The notes beneath the pieces were generated by a model. The model searched no databases and had not been told where the DNA came from. It saw only the letters and a list, made by a program, of their open reading frames with translations. A stretch of DNA of 62,973 nucleotides, filler included, from Dimargaris cristalligena (Eukaryota), in the NCBI GenBank assembly GCA_003614675.1. It is 17 parts of 17 records of this genome, joined end to end, with 100 filler letters (N's around TTAATTAATTAA, not from the genome) between each part and the next. Parts side by side here need not be neighbours in the genome. Positions count along the whole stretch, not along the records: positions 48,356 to 51,939 come from ML003908.1; positions 52,040 to 55,622 come from ML003909.1; positions 55,723 to 59,304 come from ML003910.1; positions 59,405 to 62,973 come from ML003911.1; 13 more parts are not named here. One strand, written 5' to 3'. Shown piece by piece: positions 48,932-59,984 of the stretch. Within the stretch, counting starts at the first letter, position 1, and each line of letters starts with the position of its first letter. Both the position numbers and the translations under genes were made by a program.

Positions 48932-51484
48932 ATGTGGCGCTCCGCCACTGCATTAGCGACCGCTGGTCGTCGCCCGCTCGTATGTCGGTCCGCCTTGAAG
49001 CGGACCACTGCACCCCTTCTTGCCCAGTCCGCCGCCACACTTCCCTACCCCGCCACACCGCTGCCCGGCGCTGTTCCCCGCACTGTCGGGTCGGCGATCC
49101 GGTCTTACCAAATGGGCCGAGGGAGCATGCCTCCGGGCGGAGGCATGTTCGTCAACCCGGACCAACAGCAACCGGAACAAAACCCCCTCGAACAGTACGG
49201 CGTGGACCTCACTGACCTGGCCTCCAAGGGGAAACTAGACCCCGTCATCGGTCGGGACGAAGAAATCCGCCGGACACTCCAGGTCCTGTCCCGGCGCACC
49301 AAGAACAACCCCTGTCTGATTGGTGAGGCCGGGGTGGGTAAAACCGCCATTGCGGAAGGTCTGGCGCAGCGTATCGTTAATAACGAGGTACCCGAATCCA
49401 TGCGAAATAAACGGGTGATTGCCTTAGACCTGGGATTATTAATCGCAGGCGCCAAGTTCCGGGGTGAGTTTGAGGATCGACTCAAGGCCGTACTCAAGGG
49501 CGTGGAGGAGGGCCAGGGTAACGTCATTCTATTCATCGACGAAATGCACACCCTACTGGGACTGGGCAAGAGCGAAGGATCCATGGATGCCTCGAACATG
49601 CTTAAGCCAGCCCTGGCCCGAGGCCTGCTACGCTGTTGCGGTGCCACCACCATCGATGAGTACAGGCAGTACGTGGAAAAGGACCCCGCTTTGGCCCGCC
49701 GGTTCCAGTCCGTCATGATCCAGGAGCCCACCGTGACCGATACCATTTCCATTCTCCGTGGTCTGAAGGAGCGCTACGAGGTGCACCACGGGGTTCGAAT
49801 CGCCGATGCCGCCTTGGTTAGTGCGGCTACGCTCGCCCATCGCTACATCACCGACCGCTTCCTACCCGACAAGGCCATTGATTTGATTGACGAGGCCTGT
49901 TCGAAACTCCGGCTGCAACAGGAGAGCAAGCCCGAGTTAATTGAGAATCTGGAGCGGGCTATTTTAACCATCCAGATCGAGCTGGCCTCCCTGCAGAAGG
50001 ATAGCGATACCGTTACCAAGGAACGCCGGGATCGTCTGAATGAGAACCTCAAGGCCAAACAGACCGAGTGCGACGACTTGACCAAGGTCTGGCGCCAGGA
50101 ACGGGAAAAACTGGACAAGATGAAACAAACCAAAAAACGGCTGGAACAGTCCAAGATGGAACTGGAAGCCGCCCAACGGCACGGTAATTTCACCCGGGCT
50201 AGTGAACTGCAGTACGGGATCATCCCCAAATTACAGGCCGAGCTGCCCCAAGATACGGGGGCCGAAGAGGGACCTGAATCACTGTTGCACGAACGGGTTA
50301 CTTCGGACGATATTAGTCGCGTGGTGGCCCGCATGACCGGAATCCCCGTGCAATCCCTGATGCGCGGGGAGCGGGAGAAGGTACTGCATATGGAGGATGC
50401 CCTCAGCCGGCGGGTGGTGGGCCAGTTGCCCGCGGTTCGGGCCGTTTCGGAAGCGGTGCGCCTAAGTCGCTCCGGTCTCCAGGACCCCTCTCGGCCGATT
50501 GCTTCTTTCATGTTCCTGGGTCCCACCGGGGTGGGTAAGACCGAACTGTGCAAAGCCATTGCCCAGTTCCTATTCGACACCGAAAACGCCATCATCCGGG
50601 TGGACATGAGTGAGTTTATGGAGAAGTTCTCCGTGTCCCGCTTGGTTGGGGCCCCGCCGGGGTACGTGGGCTACGATCAGGGGGGTGAACTTACCGAGGC
50701 GGTCCGCCGTAAACCCTACGCCGTGGTTCTGTTGGACGAGTTTGAAAAAGCCCATCGGGATGTGGCCAATATTCTGCTCCAGATTCTGGACGAGGGATTC
50801 ATCACGGACAGCCAGGGCCGTAAGATTGATTTCCGCAACACAATTATCATCATGACTTCCAACCTGGGTGCCGAATTCCTTGTAACTGACAATGCCGCGG
50901 CCGCCAGTGGTTCGACCGCCACCGATGAAGAGGCCCAAATCATCATCTCCCCCGCTACCCGAGAAGCGGTCATGTCCGTGGTGAAACAGCGCTTCCCGCC
51001 CGAATTCGTCAACCGCATTGACGATTTGATCGTCTTCAACCGCCTGGCCCGTTCGGCCCTCAAGGATATCGTGGAAGTTCGCCTTAAGGAGGTTCAGACG
51101 CGTTTGGATGAGCGGCGTATGACTCTCGACGTGGACGATGCCGCCAAACTGTGGCTCGCCAACCAGGGCTACGACCCCGCCTACGGGGCTCGGCCGCTCA
51201 ACCGGGTCATCCAAAAGAAACTCCTCAACCCCTTGGCGAAGGCCCTTATCGAAGGGTCCGTACGCAATTCCGAAACGGTCCGCATCACCACGACGGACGA
51301 ATTGCTCCAGACCATCTCGAAGGAGGAACTGTTTGACCACATGGACACCCAGACCCGCGAGGAGTTCGAGAAGAACCAGTCTCTTGATGACCTCATCATC
51401 TTTAAGAATCACTCCGTGGAAGATAGCCTAGTGGCTAGCTCGCCTGCTGACGAGGGTTCCGCTAGTAAGTCTGGGTCCGATTAG
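48932..51484 (+). CDS. HSP78: Mitochondrial ClpB-family disaggregase Hsp78 (850 aa)
   Basis: Arg/Ala-rich presequence and no Clp N-domain; two AAA modules ([13 protein letters not shown] and [12 protein letters not shown]), coiled-coil M domain, YGARPL. Confidence 0.95.
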   Translation: MWRSATALATAGRRPLVCRSALKRTTAPLLAQSAATLPYPATPLPGAVPRTVGSAIRSYQMGRGSMPPGGGMFVNPDQQQPEQNPLEQYGVDLTDLASKGKLDPVIGRDEEIRRTLQVLSRRTKNNPCLIGEAGVGKTAIAEGLAQRIVNNEVPESMRNKRVIALDLGLLIAGAKFRGEFEDRLKAVLKGVEEGQGNVILFIDEMHTLLGLGKSEGSMDASNMLKPALARGLLRCCGATTIDEYRQYVEKDPALARRFQSVMIQEPTVTDTISILRGLKERYEVHHGVRIADAALVSAATLAHRYITDRFLPDKAIDLIDEACSKLRLQQESKPELIENLERAILTIQIELASLQKDSDTVTKERRDRLNENLKAKQTECDDLTKVWRQEREKLDKMKQTKKRLEQSKMELEAAQRHGNFTRASELQYGIIPKLQAELPQDTGAEEGPESLLHERVTSDDISRVVARMTGIPVQSLMRGEREKVLHMEDALSRRVVGQLPAVRAVSEAVRLSRSGLQDPSRPIASFMFLGPTGVGKTELCKAIAQFLFDTENAIIRVDMSEFMEKFSVSRLVGAPPGYVGYDQGGELTEAVRRKPYAVVLLDEFEKAHRDVANILLQILDEGFITDSQGRKIDFRNTIIIMTSNLGAEFLVTDNAAAASGSTATDEEAQIIISPATREAVMSVVKQRFPPEFVNRIDDLIVFNRLARSALKDIVEVRLKEVQTRLDERRMTLDVDDAAKLWLANQGYDPAYGARPLNRVIQKKLLNPLAKALIEGSVRNSETVRITTTDELLQTISKEELFDHMDTQTREEFEKNQSLDDLIIFKNHSVEDSLVASSPADEGSASKSGSD

Positions 51485-52055
51485 GTATAAGGACCTCTGC
51501 AAATAGACAGATCAAAAAAGGTACCCCACCCACCTTGTGCCAAATTGGCCATATAGATGCTGCTTTTGCTTAAAACATATAGATAAATATATATTCGCGT
51601 AGCTAAATGTAATAAAAATTTAAGCCTGAGATACCGATAATTACCTACTGGTTAGGGGCAAATAGGGGAGACTGGACAGTCTAAAGATAGCTTGCTAGTA
51701 GTGGCGGTTAGTGCTTTCTTGTCGATTTATATTGCCTGAGATTCGACTTCTTTTTTGTATAAAGGGGGGAAAGTGGGTATAGCACTAGCCAAGTAAAAAT
51801 AGAGGGGGCGGTATATTGAAGCGCAGACTGATAATCGACCTTGGCGTATTATACAATATGGGAGAAGTTCATCCAAGTTGTATAACGAAAAATCCATTAG
51901 ATTCGGCCAATATTGCTAGTTAAAAATACATTTCCCATANNNNNNNNNNNNNNNNNNNNNNNNNNNNNNNNNNNNNNNNNNNNTTAATTAATTAANNNNN
52001 NNNNNNNNNNNNNNNNNNNNNNNNNNNNNNNNNNNNNNNAGTTGGACTTCATTGA

Positions 52056-54083
52056 TCAATTAAGCCCTATCCAATCCAATAGTGTGCCAGCTTTCGATTC
52101 GCGGCCTAAAAAGTCACGCAGGAGATCCATACCATCACTGCTACCACCGGGTTTAAGAATGTTGTACCTGAATTGGAGACCAACTGCGGGATTCAGAATA
52201 TTTCGACCCCGGAACCGCGAACAGAATATATCCGCTGAATGGGCTTGCGCCCACAAATGACCATAGCTTCCGGCTTCGTAATTGCCGAAAAAGGTGACGA
52301 AGCTGGCGGTCGGCCATACCTGGGAACGATAATCCGCATCCTTGACTAGGGACACATCTTCTTTCAAGCGTGACCAACTTTGCTGGATGTCGACCGGGCC
52401 ATCGGGCAGAGTATGTATGTATTGGTCGAACAAGTCACAGGTGACCTTAAAGAGGTACGTTAAACCAGGAAACTTTTCCTGGGACGCCAATATCATATCA
52501 ATGAGGTGGTCGGGGATGGTTTCCCCCGTTTCGTAATGGCAGGAAAGTTGGCGCAGAATTTCCCGCTGGTTGGCCCAATTTTCCATCAGCAGGGAGGGTA
52601 CTTCCATAAAATCGTCCTCGACGTTATAGCCATGGAACCGGGCGTATTTCGTCTGACTGCAGATGAGGTGCATCGCATGCCCCATTTCATGAAAGATAAC
52701 CGTGATCTCCGGTGGGCTCAGTAGAGCGGGTCTATGGGTCCGGGGGCTGGGGAGATTTAATACTACGGCACACGCCGGTGTACTGTAGGTTCCGTCTGGC
52801 AGGCGAGACCCGGATCGGAGAGTAAAACAGGCGGAGTGGGGGAACTTATTCTTGCGGGGCTGTGTGTCCATATAAACGTGTCCCAGAAATGCATGGGTTT
52901 CTCTATCCCAGACCTCCATAGTCCGCACATCCGGGTGCCAAGTGGATGCATTTCTATTTTCAACAAATTGAATCCCCAGTAGGGTTCGGAATATATATAA
53001 TATACTGTCAATCACACTCTCGGCCGGATAATACTGTTTGATGGTATTGTAATCCCCGTGCGCTTGGGATGCCATCGTATAGTTGATTAGGAAGCCAGGA
53101 TCCCAATCGTAAATGGTGTCGTCATCGGAAATTACATCACTCCCGAGCTCTTCTCTGGCCATCCTTTTGTAGGACTTCAGCGTCTCGATTTCAACCTGAC
53201 CCAAAGGGATGAGACGATCGCGTAAATTGGTTAAAAAGTCGTTGACTCGCTCGGGATTCTGAGCCAACGTGCCCTCCAGTCGCTTTTCAGCGTGGTTGGA
53301 ATACCCCATGAGCTGGGCGGCCTCATGCCGGAGGCTGACGGTCTCTTCCATGATGGCGATATTCTCGGGACATTGCCGACCTTTAGCCAACGAAACTTCG
53401 CGGCGAGTAGCTTCCCATTGGGCGTTACACATCACCAACTTCCCTTCGGGCCTATTGACGTTAACCACATACCGAAGGGTTTGGTCATCCGCCATTCTAC
53501 TCTCCAGGTTCGCCAAAAAGCCCCGGGACACACCGAATAGTTCCTTCCGGGTGAACAAACATTCCATGGTGGCCTCGTTGACATTGCGGGTGAAGGAAGT
53601 TTCCAAGGCGTTGAGTCTATTGCGAATATCTCTAAGCCTGGTCGCTTCCGGATGGGGGAAGTCCCGGTTGGGAGAGCGCACAACTTTATGCAAAGCCAAT
53701 AATATACGACGGTCCTCAGGCTCCAAAGCAGCATGGTCAATAGTTTCGTAAACAATGTCCAAGCGACGAATCACTTCCGCAGGCATACGGCCACTAACTC
53801 GCGAAGACCCCCATTTTCTTTTGACCTTGTCGCTGGCGCTACGCAGGGCTCTGTCGGGACTGACATGTCGCAGAAATTCCACGGCGGTGATCGGGGTAAT
53901 AGGAGCATCATTCTCGGCCAAAGCAAGGGGTGCCACGACCGTTTCGAACGTGGCCTCGTCCAGGGGTACAGTGGCGATTTCGTCCATCAGTTGTTCGATA
54001 GTGCGGTGATGGGCTGCAATGATTGAATCAATCTTTCTAGGAGTAAAATCCCAGTCAAGAGCGAGACGGCAGTGCTCGTACAT
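52056..54083 (-). CDS. Peptidase M3A (thimet oligopeptidase/saccharolysin-like), 675 aa
   Basis: FHEMGHAMH zinc motif, DFMEVPSLLMENW, HYETGETIP, YGHLWAQ, ILKPGGS..FLGR. Confidence 0.93.
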   Translation of the reverse strand: MYEHCRLALDWDFTPRKIDSIIAAHHRTIEQLMDEIATVPLDEATFETVVAPLALAENDAPITPITAVEFLRHVSPDRALRSASDKVKRKWGSSRVSGRMPAEVIRRLDIVYETIDHAALEPEDRRILLALHKVVRSPNRDFPHPEATRLRDIRNRLNALETSFTRNVNEATMECLFTRKELFGVSRGFLANLESRMADDQTLRYVVNVNRPEGKLVMCNAQWEATRREVSLAKGRQCPENIAIMEETVSLRHEAAQLMGYSNHAEKRLEGTLAQNPERVNDFLTNLRDRLIPLGQVEIETLKSYKRMAREELGSDVISDDDTIYDWDPGFLINYTMASQAHGDYNTIKQYYPAESVIDSILYIFRTLLGIQFVENRNASTWHPDVRTMEVWDRETHAFLGHVYMDTQPRKNKFPHSACFTLRSGSRLPDGTYSTPACAVVLNLPSPRTHRPALLSPPEITVIFHEMGHAMHLICSQTKYARFHGYNVEDDFMEVPSLLMENWANQREILRQLSCHYETGETIPDHLIDMILASQEKFPGLTYLFKVTCDLFDQYIHTLPDGPVDIQQSWSRLKEDVSLVKDADYRSQVWPTASFVTFFGNYEAGSYGHLWAQAHSADIFCSRFRGRNILNPAVGLQFRYNILKPGGSSDGMDLLRDFLGRESKAGTLLDWIGLN

Positions 54084-55554
54084 GCTGTCAATCGGTGGAG
54101 GGTGATGGATGAAATGGTTGGTAAACGATGATGTTAAAAAGAAAAACGCGGATATGTTAGTCAAATAAATGACGCAGATTGGCTGAGCTTTTATACAAAA
54201 TTCCACCAGCTGTCATTCCAAGAGTTGCGGTACCTTTTCCGAATAAAACAGTGGTTAAAAAATTATATACAGTGGTTTATCTGTATATACTTTGTCAAAA
54301 AGTAAATGGATCACCAAAGGCCCATTTTTTGACCATCGAATTCCCATCCACTTAAAAATAGGAATCATTGACCAGCTTGGTTGTTGGGTAATCCAGGGGC
54401 AACTTGCTCTTTTTGCTATTCGCCATCCCCAGTTAGTCTATTATCCTTACTTTAAAATAAAACTATATCAACCTTAAAGGCCGCAAAAATATACATGACA
54501 AATAGCAGATAACTCCAAATACCAATTGACAGGATATTCCCGACTATGGGTTACTTATTCATGGGAAATATTAAGAATTCCCAGCCACCAGGCGGCCTAT
54601 TTTCCTTTTGTGTGGGCCTTTGTTGTAGAATTGCGCAATATGACTACATTAGTATGCGCGTACTTATATAAGTGTATTTTGCGAATTTTAGTCAAGTCTA
54701 TTTGAAAAACTACACTCCGATAAAATCGGGAAGTCCTTGTGCCACCCTTGGCATTGTAGAAGTATCTTTAAGGACACTATAGGGTCGATATGTAATGTGA
54801 AAACAATAATTGGCACGGGATCTAACCAAGAGAAAGTCCGGTGGAAGTTGGTTAGCTAGGGCACAAATAAGCGGAGGGGCTTGGAAGACCAAAAAGGGGA
54901 GCTGGGCAGGTGATTCATGAACCAGAAAGGTGAAGGAGATAGTAAGGACCTCCTAAAAGGATGGGATAGGAAAAGGGGTATTGTTGGGGCGGAATGTATA
55001 TTTATTTAAAACCTATTGCGAAACTAATGTAAATACACACTGTATAATGTATAAGATATAGGATATAATGAAGAGTGTAGATGGAAGGGGAAAAATTCAT
55101 AAACCGATTCAAGAACCACTCCTAGGCGTTGGGTACCATAGCATTATTGCCTGCCGATAATAGTAATAGGGTAGATCGCCGTGGAATTATACCTATGTTG
55201 CACACTTTCCAAATCTGGTTGCCGTGGATTTTATGGTTCATGTGGGGATATTCTTTTACCACGAGTCCCCCAACATTAGCAACCTTAACATGGCTTTTGT
55301 ATAATTAACTGCACCCAGTGCAACATTTGCCACCCAACCGGCATCCGTCGCAGTGTGGGTATGGCCTGGTCAGGTCAATTCTAAATATGGCTAGATAAAT
55401 AGAACATTCGGACTGGGTTTATGGGGTTTTAATCAACCAAGGCCAATATACATTAGACGGCTTTAAATGGCCCCATGTATGCTAGCCATCATATTATTTT
55501 TTTCCAAATGCCGATACAATCAAACGGGCTTTATTAAGGATGGCTATTTTACAT

Positions 55555-55622
55555 TGTCACCTGAGTTAACCACTCTTAGTCCGTCAAGAGTCTCGGGGAT
55601 AGGCTTCTAACAGTAGGCGGGG
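55555..55622 (-). mobile_element. LTR family A terminus, CpG-retaining copy
   Basis: TGTCACCTGAGTTAACCACTCTTAGTCCGTCAAGAGTCTCGGGGATAGGC. Confidence 0.85.
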
Positions 55623-55722
55623 NNNNNNNNNNNNNNNNNNNNNNNNNNNNNNNNNNNNNNNNNNNNTTAATTAATTAANNNNNNNNNNNNNNNNNNNNNN
55701 NNNNNNNNNNNNNNNNNNNNNN

Positions 55723-58578
55723 ATACCCTTGCCGTTGTTCATGACGGAAACGAAGCAGTTTTCCTGGTCGATGACCATTAATGTTTCCCGATTTACCGAC
55801 TCGGTACGCGAGGACTGGGACACCCAGGTCCGGGCCCGCGATATCATGTTTCTAGTCACCATTCGCGGCCCCGCGCATTCTTCCAAAACCACCAAGGCGA
55901 CGGATGCCGCTTCCCCGGACGATAAGCTGGGCATCGCCTATGTACGTGGGTGCGAGGTTTTGGACCAGATTGGGGAAGATGGTAAGCCCGTCGAAGAACG
56001 GGGCAAACCCCGCGACGAGCAGCGCCGCCCCACCGGACCCCTGCGTACCTTCCGGGTAGTATTGGACGCCAACCAGTACGCCCAGGATATGCGGGATTAC
56101 GAGCACGGTGGAGACACCAAGGCTAGCTTAGACCAGCCCCCCCGGGAGGATATTTACGAAACCTTTAATTTACTGGTGCGTCGTAAACCCGAAGAGAATA
56201 ACTTCAAGGCGGTACTGGAAACCATCCGGGACCTGATGCTTAACGAGCGCGTGGTGGTGCCCGCCTGGCTCCAGAGCGTGTTCCTTGGCTACGGTGATCC
56301 GGCGGGGGCCCACTACTCCCGACTGCCCCAAGCCCTTTCCTCCATTGATTTCCGGGATACCTTCCTGGACCTGGAGCACGTCCGGGCCAGCTTTGCCCCC
56401 ATGGCTGTAGAGGCCCCTGGGGCTCCAACCCCACCCTATGTGGTCAAATTTTCTGCCGGTGCGAATGCTAGTGCCAATGGGGATGCTACTCTACAGGTGG
56501 CGACATATACCCCACCCAACATGGGACCCTACCCTTTCAATGTACCCCGACGGAACGCCATCCGGTTTACCCCGCGTCAGGTGGAGGCCATCCGGTCGGG
56601 TGTAAACCCTGGACTTAGCCTTATCGTGGGTCCCCCCGGGACGGGTAAAACGGATGTTGCCGTTCAGATCATTGCCAACCTGTACCACAACTTCCCCGAT
56701 CAGCATATCCTGCTCGTTACCCACAGTAACCAGGCCCTGAACCAATTGTTCACCAAGATTATGGCCCTGGACATCGACGAGCGTCATTTGCTCCGTCTCG
56801 GTCACGGAGAGGAGGAATTGGAGACCGACGAGGATTTCGGTAAATTGGGCCGGGTGAACTCCTTCCTGGAGAAGCGCCTGCGTTTGCTGGGCGAAGTGGA
56901 CCGACTGGCCAAATCTCTCGACGTACCCGGGGACCACGGGGATACTTGCGAAACGGCTAGCTATTTCTACGTGTCCCGTGTTCTCCCGCGCTGGGAGCCC
57001 TACTTGCGGCTCCTGGAGAAGGCCAAACGGTCCCCAGGCGCGACCGACCCCGCCGTGGAGCGGGAGACTTTGGCGACTCAATTTCCTTTCCAAGTGTACT
57101 TCCAGAACGCCCCTCAGCCCCTATTCCCCGCGGAGGCGTCGGTGGCCCATACGGTAGCAATTGCGGAAGGCTGTTTCCATCATATTAACCAGATGTTTAC
57201 CGAATTGGAAGAAATCCGCCCCTTCGAGCTACTACGAACCAACTACGATCGCTCCAACTATTTGCTAACCAAGGAGGCCCGCATTATCGCCATGACGTGT
57301 ACGCACGCGGCCCTCAAACGCCGCGAACTGGTCCGGCTGGGCTTCAAGTACGACTCGGTAGTCATGGAAGAAGCCGCCCAGATCCTGGAGATCGAAACCC
57401 TTATTCCGCTGCTTCTGCAAAATCCAGAAGACGGACGCGACCGGCTTAAGCGGGTGGTGCTCATTGGTGACCACCACCAACTCCCCCCCATCGTCAAGAA
57501 CCAGCGATTCCAACGCTACGGCAATATGGAGCAGAGCCTGTTTACCCGGTTCATGCGCCTGGGAGTACCGGGTATCCAATTGGACTGCCAGGGGCGTGCC
57601 CGACCGGCCCTGTCCCGCCTGTACGCCTGGCGTTACCGCCAACTTGGCGATCTGCCGAATGTCCAATCCGAACCGCGTTATCTGATGGCCAACGCCGGTT
57701 TTGCGGCTCCATGCCAGCTCATTAACGTGGAGGATTACGAAGGCCAGGGTGAATCGGCTCCTACCCCCTATTTTTACCAGAATGTAGGAGAGGCCGAGTA
57801 CGTGGTAGCGGTGTACCAATATATGCGACTCTTGGGCTACCCGGCGGACCGCATTACCATCCTGACTACCTACAACGGACAAAAGGCCCTCATTCGGGAT
57901 GTCCTACAGGCCCGCTGCAGTTGGCACCCGTATTTCCAAACCCCCGCTAAGATCACCACCGTCGATAAGTACCAGGGTCAGCAAAACGACTACATCCTAC
58001 TCTCGCTAGTGCGTACCAAAGCCGTTGGTCATTTGCGGGACATTCGTCGGTTGACCGTAGCCGTCTCACGTGCCCGCCTGGGCCTCTACGTATTCGCCCG
58101 CCAATCCCTTTTTGCGACCTGTGCGGAACTGGCCCCTACTCTCAACCAATTAATGAACCATCCCGAATTTGCCAACCGTAGCTCCACAGCAGTACCCCAC
58201 CAGTCCCCAAGTGATCAACAGAGACAGGGACAGTCGCAGCGCCTGGTCCTTTACCCCACCGAAACTTTCCCGTCGGAACGGCCGGTCGATACTCCTCTCG
58301 ATCCCGAGCATACCCTGGTGGTTGACGATGTCGCTCATCTCGGTAAAGTGGTCTACGAAATGGCCCGGCGGCAACTGTCCGCTGCGGAACCCGAGAACGG
58401 GGCTGATCATTCCCATGCCCAGGCACCGGGTGAGCCTACCACGGACCAGTCCGATGCTTCATCTGATGAGGCCAGTCCGGGTGAAGCCGGTGGATCCGGA
58501 GATGATGCTGATGGTTCGGCCAATGGTCAAGAAATGAATGAAGACGGCGCTTCAGATTCAGCGGATTCGGATGCCTAG
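55723..58578 (+). CDS. AQR: Intron-binding spliceosomal helicase Aquarius/Cwf11 (5' truncated)
   Basis: [70 protein letters not shown]. Confidence 0.96.
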   Translation: MPLPLFMTETKQFSWSMTINVSRFTDSVREDWDTQVRARDIMFLVTIRGPAHSSKTTKATDAASPDDKLGIAYVRGCEVLDQIGEDGKPVEERGKPRDEQRRPTGPLRTFRVVLDANQYAQDMRDYEHGGDTKASLDQPPREDIYETFNLLVRRKPEENNFKAVLETIRDLMLNERVVVPAWLQSVFLGYGDPAGAHYSRLPQALSSIDFRDTFLDLEHVRASFAPMAVEAPGAPTPPYVVKFSAGANASANGDATLQVATYTPPNMGPYPFNVPRRNAIRFTPRQVEAIRSGVNPGLSLIVGPPGTGKTDVAVQIIANLYHNFPDQHILLVTHSNQALNQLFTKIMALDIDERHLLRLGHGEEELETDEDFGKLGRVNSFLEKRLRLLGEVDRLAKSLDVPGDHGDTCETASYFYVSRVLPRWEPYLRLLEKAKRSPGATDPAVERETLATQFPFQVYFQNAPQPLFPAEASVAHTVAIAEGCFHHINQMFTELEEIRPFELLRTNYDRSNYLLTKEARIIAMTCTHAALKRRELVRLGFKYDSVVMEEAAQILEIETLIPLLLQNPEDGRDRLKRVVLIGDHHQLPPIVKNQRFQRYGNMEQSLFTRFMRLGVPGIQLDCQGRARPALSRLYAWRYRQLGDLPNVQSEPRYLMANAGFAAPCQLINVEDYEGQGESAPTPYFYQNVGEAEYVVAVYQYMRLLGYPADRITILTTYNGQKALIRDVLQARCSWHPYFQTPAKITTVDKYQGQQNDYILLSLVRTKAVGHLRDIRRLTVAVSRARLGLYVFARQSLFATCAELAPTLNQLMNHPEFANRSSTAVPHQSPSDQQRQGQSQRLVLYPTETFPSERPVDTPLDPEHTLVVDDVAHLGKVVYEMARRQLSAAEPENGADHSHAQAPGEPTTDQSDASSDEASPGEAGGSGDDADGSANGQEMNEDGASDSADSDA

Positions 58579-59074
58579 ACCTGTTTAAATTTTGGATAAT
58601 ATATTTCGGGTGTGAATGCTACTATTTCTTCCCTTGTATTTGCTGCATGACAATTTTACCTGTGATATATCATCAAATGTGGGATGGGTTGGATTATACG
58701 AATTTAATAAACCATTGCCCACGACATTTCCCGCTGGCCTCTAGACTGGAATATATGGTAACTGTTTCACACCAAAGTCCAGTGTAATAGATAAATCAAT
58801 TTATAAACATGTATTTTTTTATATAGGAACCCATAGTAGCCTTACAACTAAAGACCAGATCGGAAGATAATTCGGCCGACATGGTGCCGTTGCCATATGC
58901 CTAATCGTTGGCATTGTGATTAAAAGACACATACAATAATAATAATAATAATAATCTATTCGCGGATCCGCCCCCAAAGCCGTTGGAAAGAACCTCGCAT
59001 AATGACCCACCCGTATAGCGGTTTACACCTCACAGGTGGTGGTAGAGGGGAGGGAGGGCGCGCGTCCAGGAATC

Positions 59075-59304
59075 TTAATAGTTCTCCAGGACTAATTTCG
59101 GGGCAATGTTCATACTCTGCAATTCCTGGAAGAGCAACTTCGCTGCGTACGGAATTTTGAGTGACGCGATATGGTTACCGGATTTACAGTACTGGCACCA
59201 CCCCTTATAACCCAACAGGCCGCACTGTTCGCAAATGAACACGTCGAAAGCGTCGGACGAAATCATGAGACGCTCGAGCAGGAGCATACTGGCGCCGTAC
59301 CCGA
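59075..59304 (-). CDS. RPC2: RNA polymerase III second-largest subunit, C-terminus (5' truncated)
   Basis: [55 protein letters not shown]. Confidence 0.92.
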
Positions 59305-59984
59305 NNNNNNNNNNNNNNNNNNNNNNNNNNNNNNNNNNNNNNNNNNNNTTAATTAATTAANNNNNNNNNNNNNNNNNNNNNNNNNNNNNNNNNNNNNNNN
59401 NNNNTTATTTTTCAAAGCTCACAAATAGTTAAAGGTGTTATACATGTGCTATATTTACCTGAGTGTAAATATAGACCAATAATTTGCATACTTAACCTTA
59501 CAACAGCACCTATTTTATTACGAGCCATGGGTCTGTTCGCTTGAAACAACATATATAATATAATAATATGCCTACCAGGTTTAGGCCTTAAGTCCAATGC
59601 CTCAGAAATAGGCGGTATAGGAGGCGACACGTCTTGCTCGACGTTTCTCTTGCCAAGCTGAAGTGGGTAAAGCATGGTCCAGCTGTATGAGGCTTAACAT
59701 GATATATGTTGGGGTAAACTGGCGGGAGATTAATTTTTAACCAGTAGGTTTTGATTTATCTAACGGATGCTTCGATATACATACTGGTTGAAAATGTCAC
59801 ATCTTTAATTTAATAGTTGCAACACATTTTCTCATACATAAAACGTATCCTTATCCATAACGAATATGCACATTAATTTATTGTAATGAATAGGTATGTG
59901 CAAATACTAAATGGTAAACTGCTATAGATAAACAAGACAGATAAGCTAAACTAGGTGTATAAACCAATATCATTTAAAGGGTAT

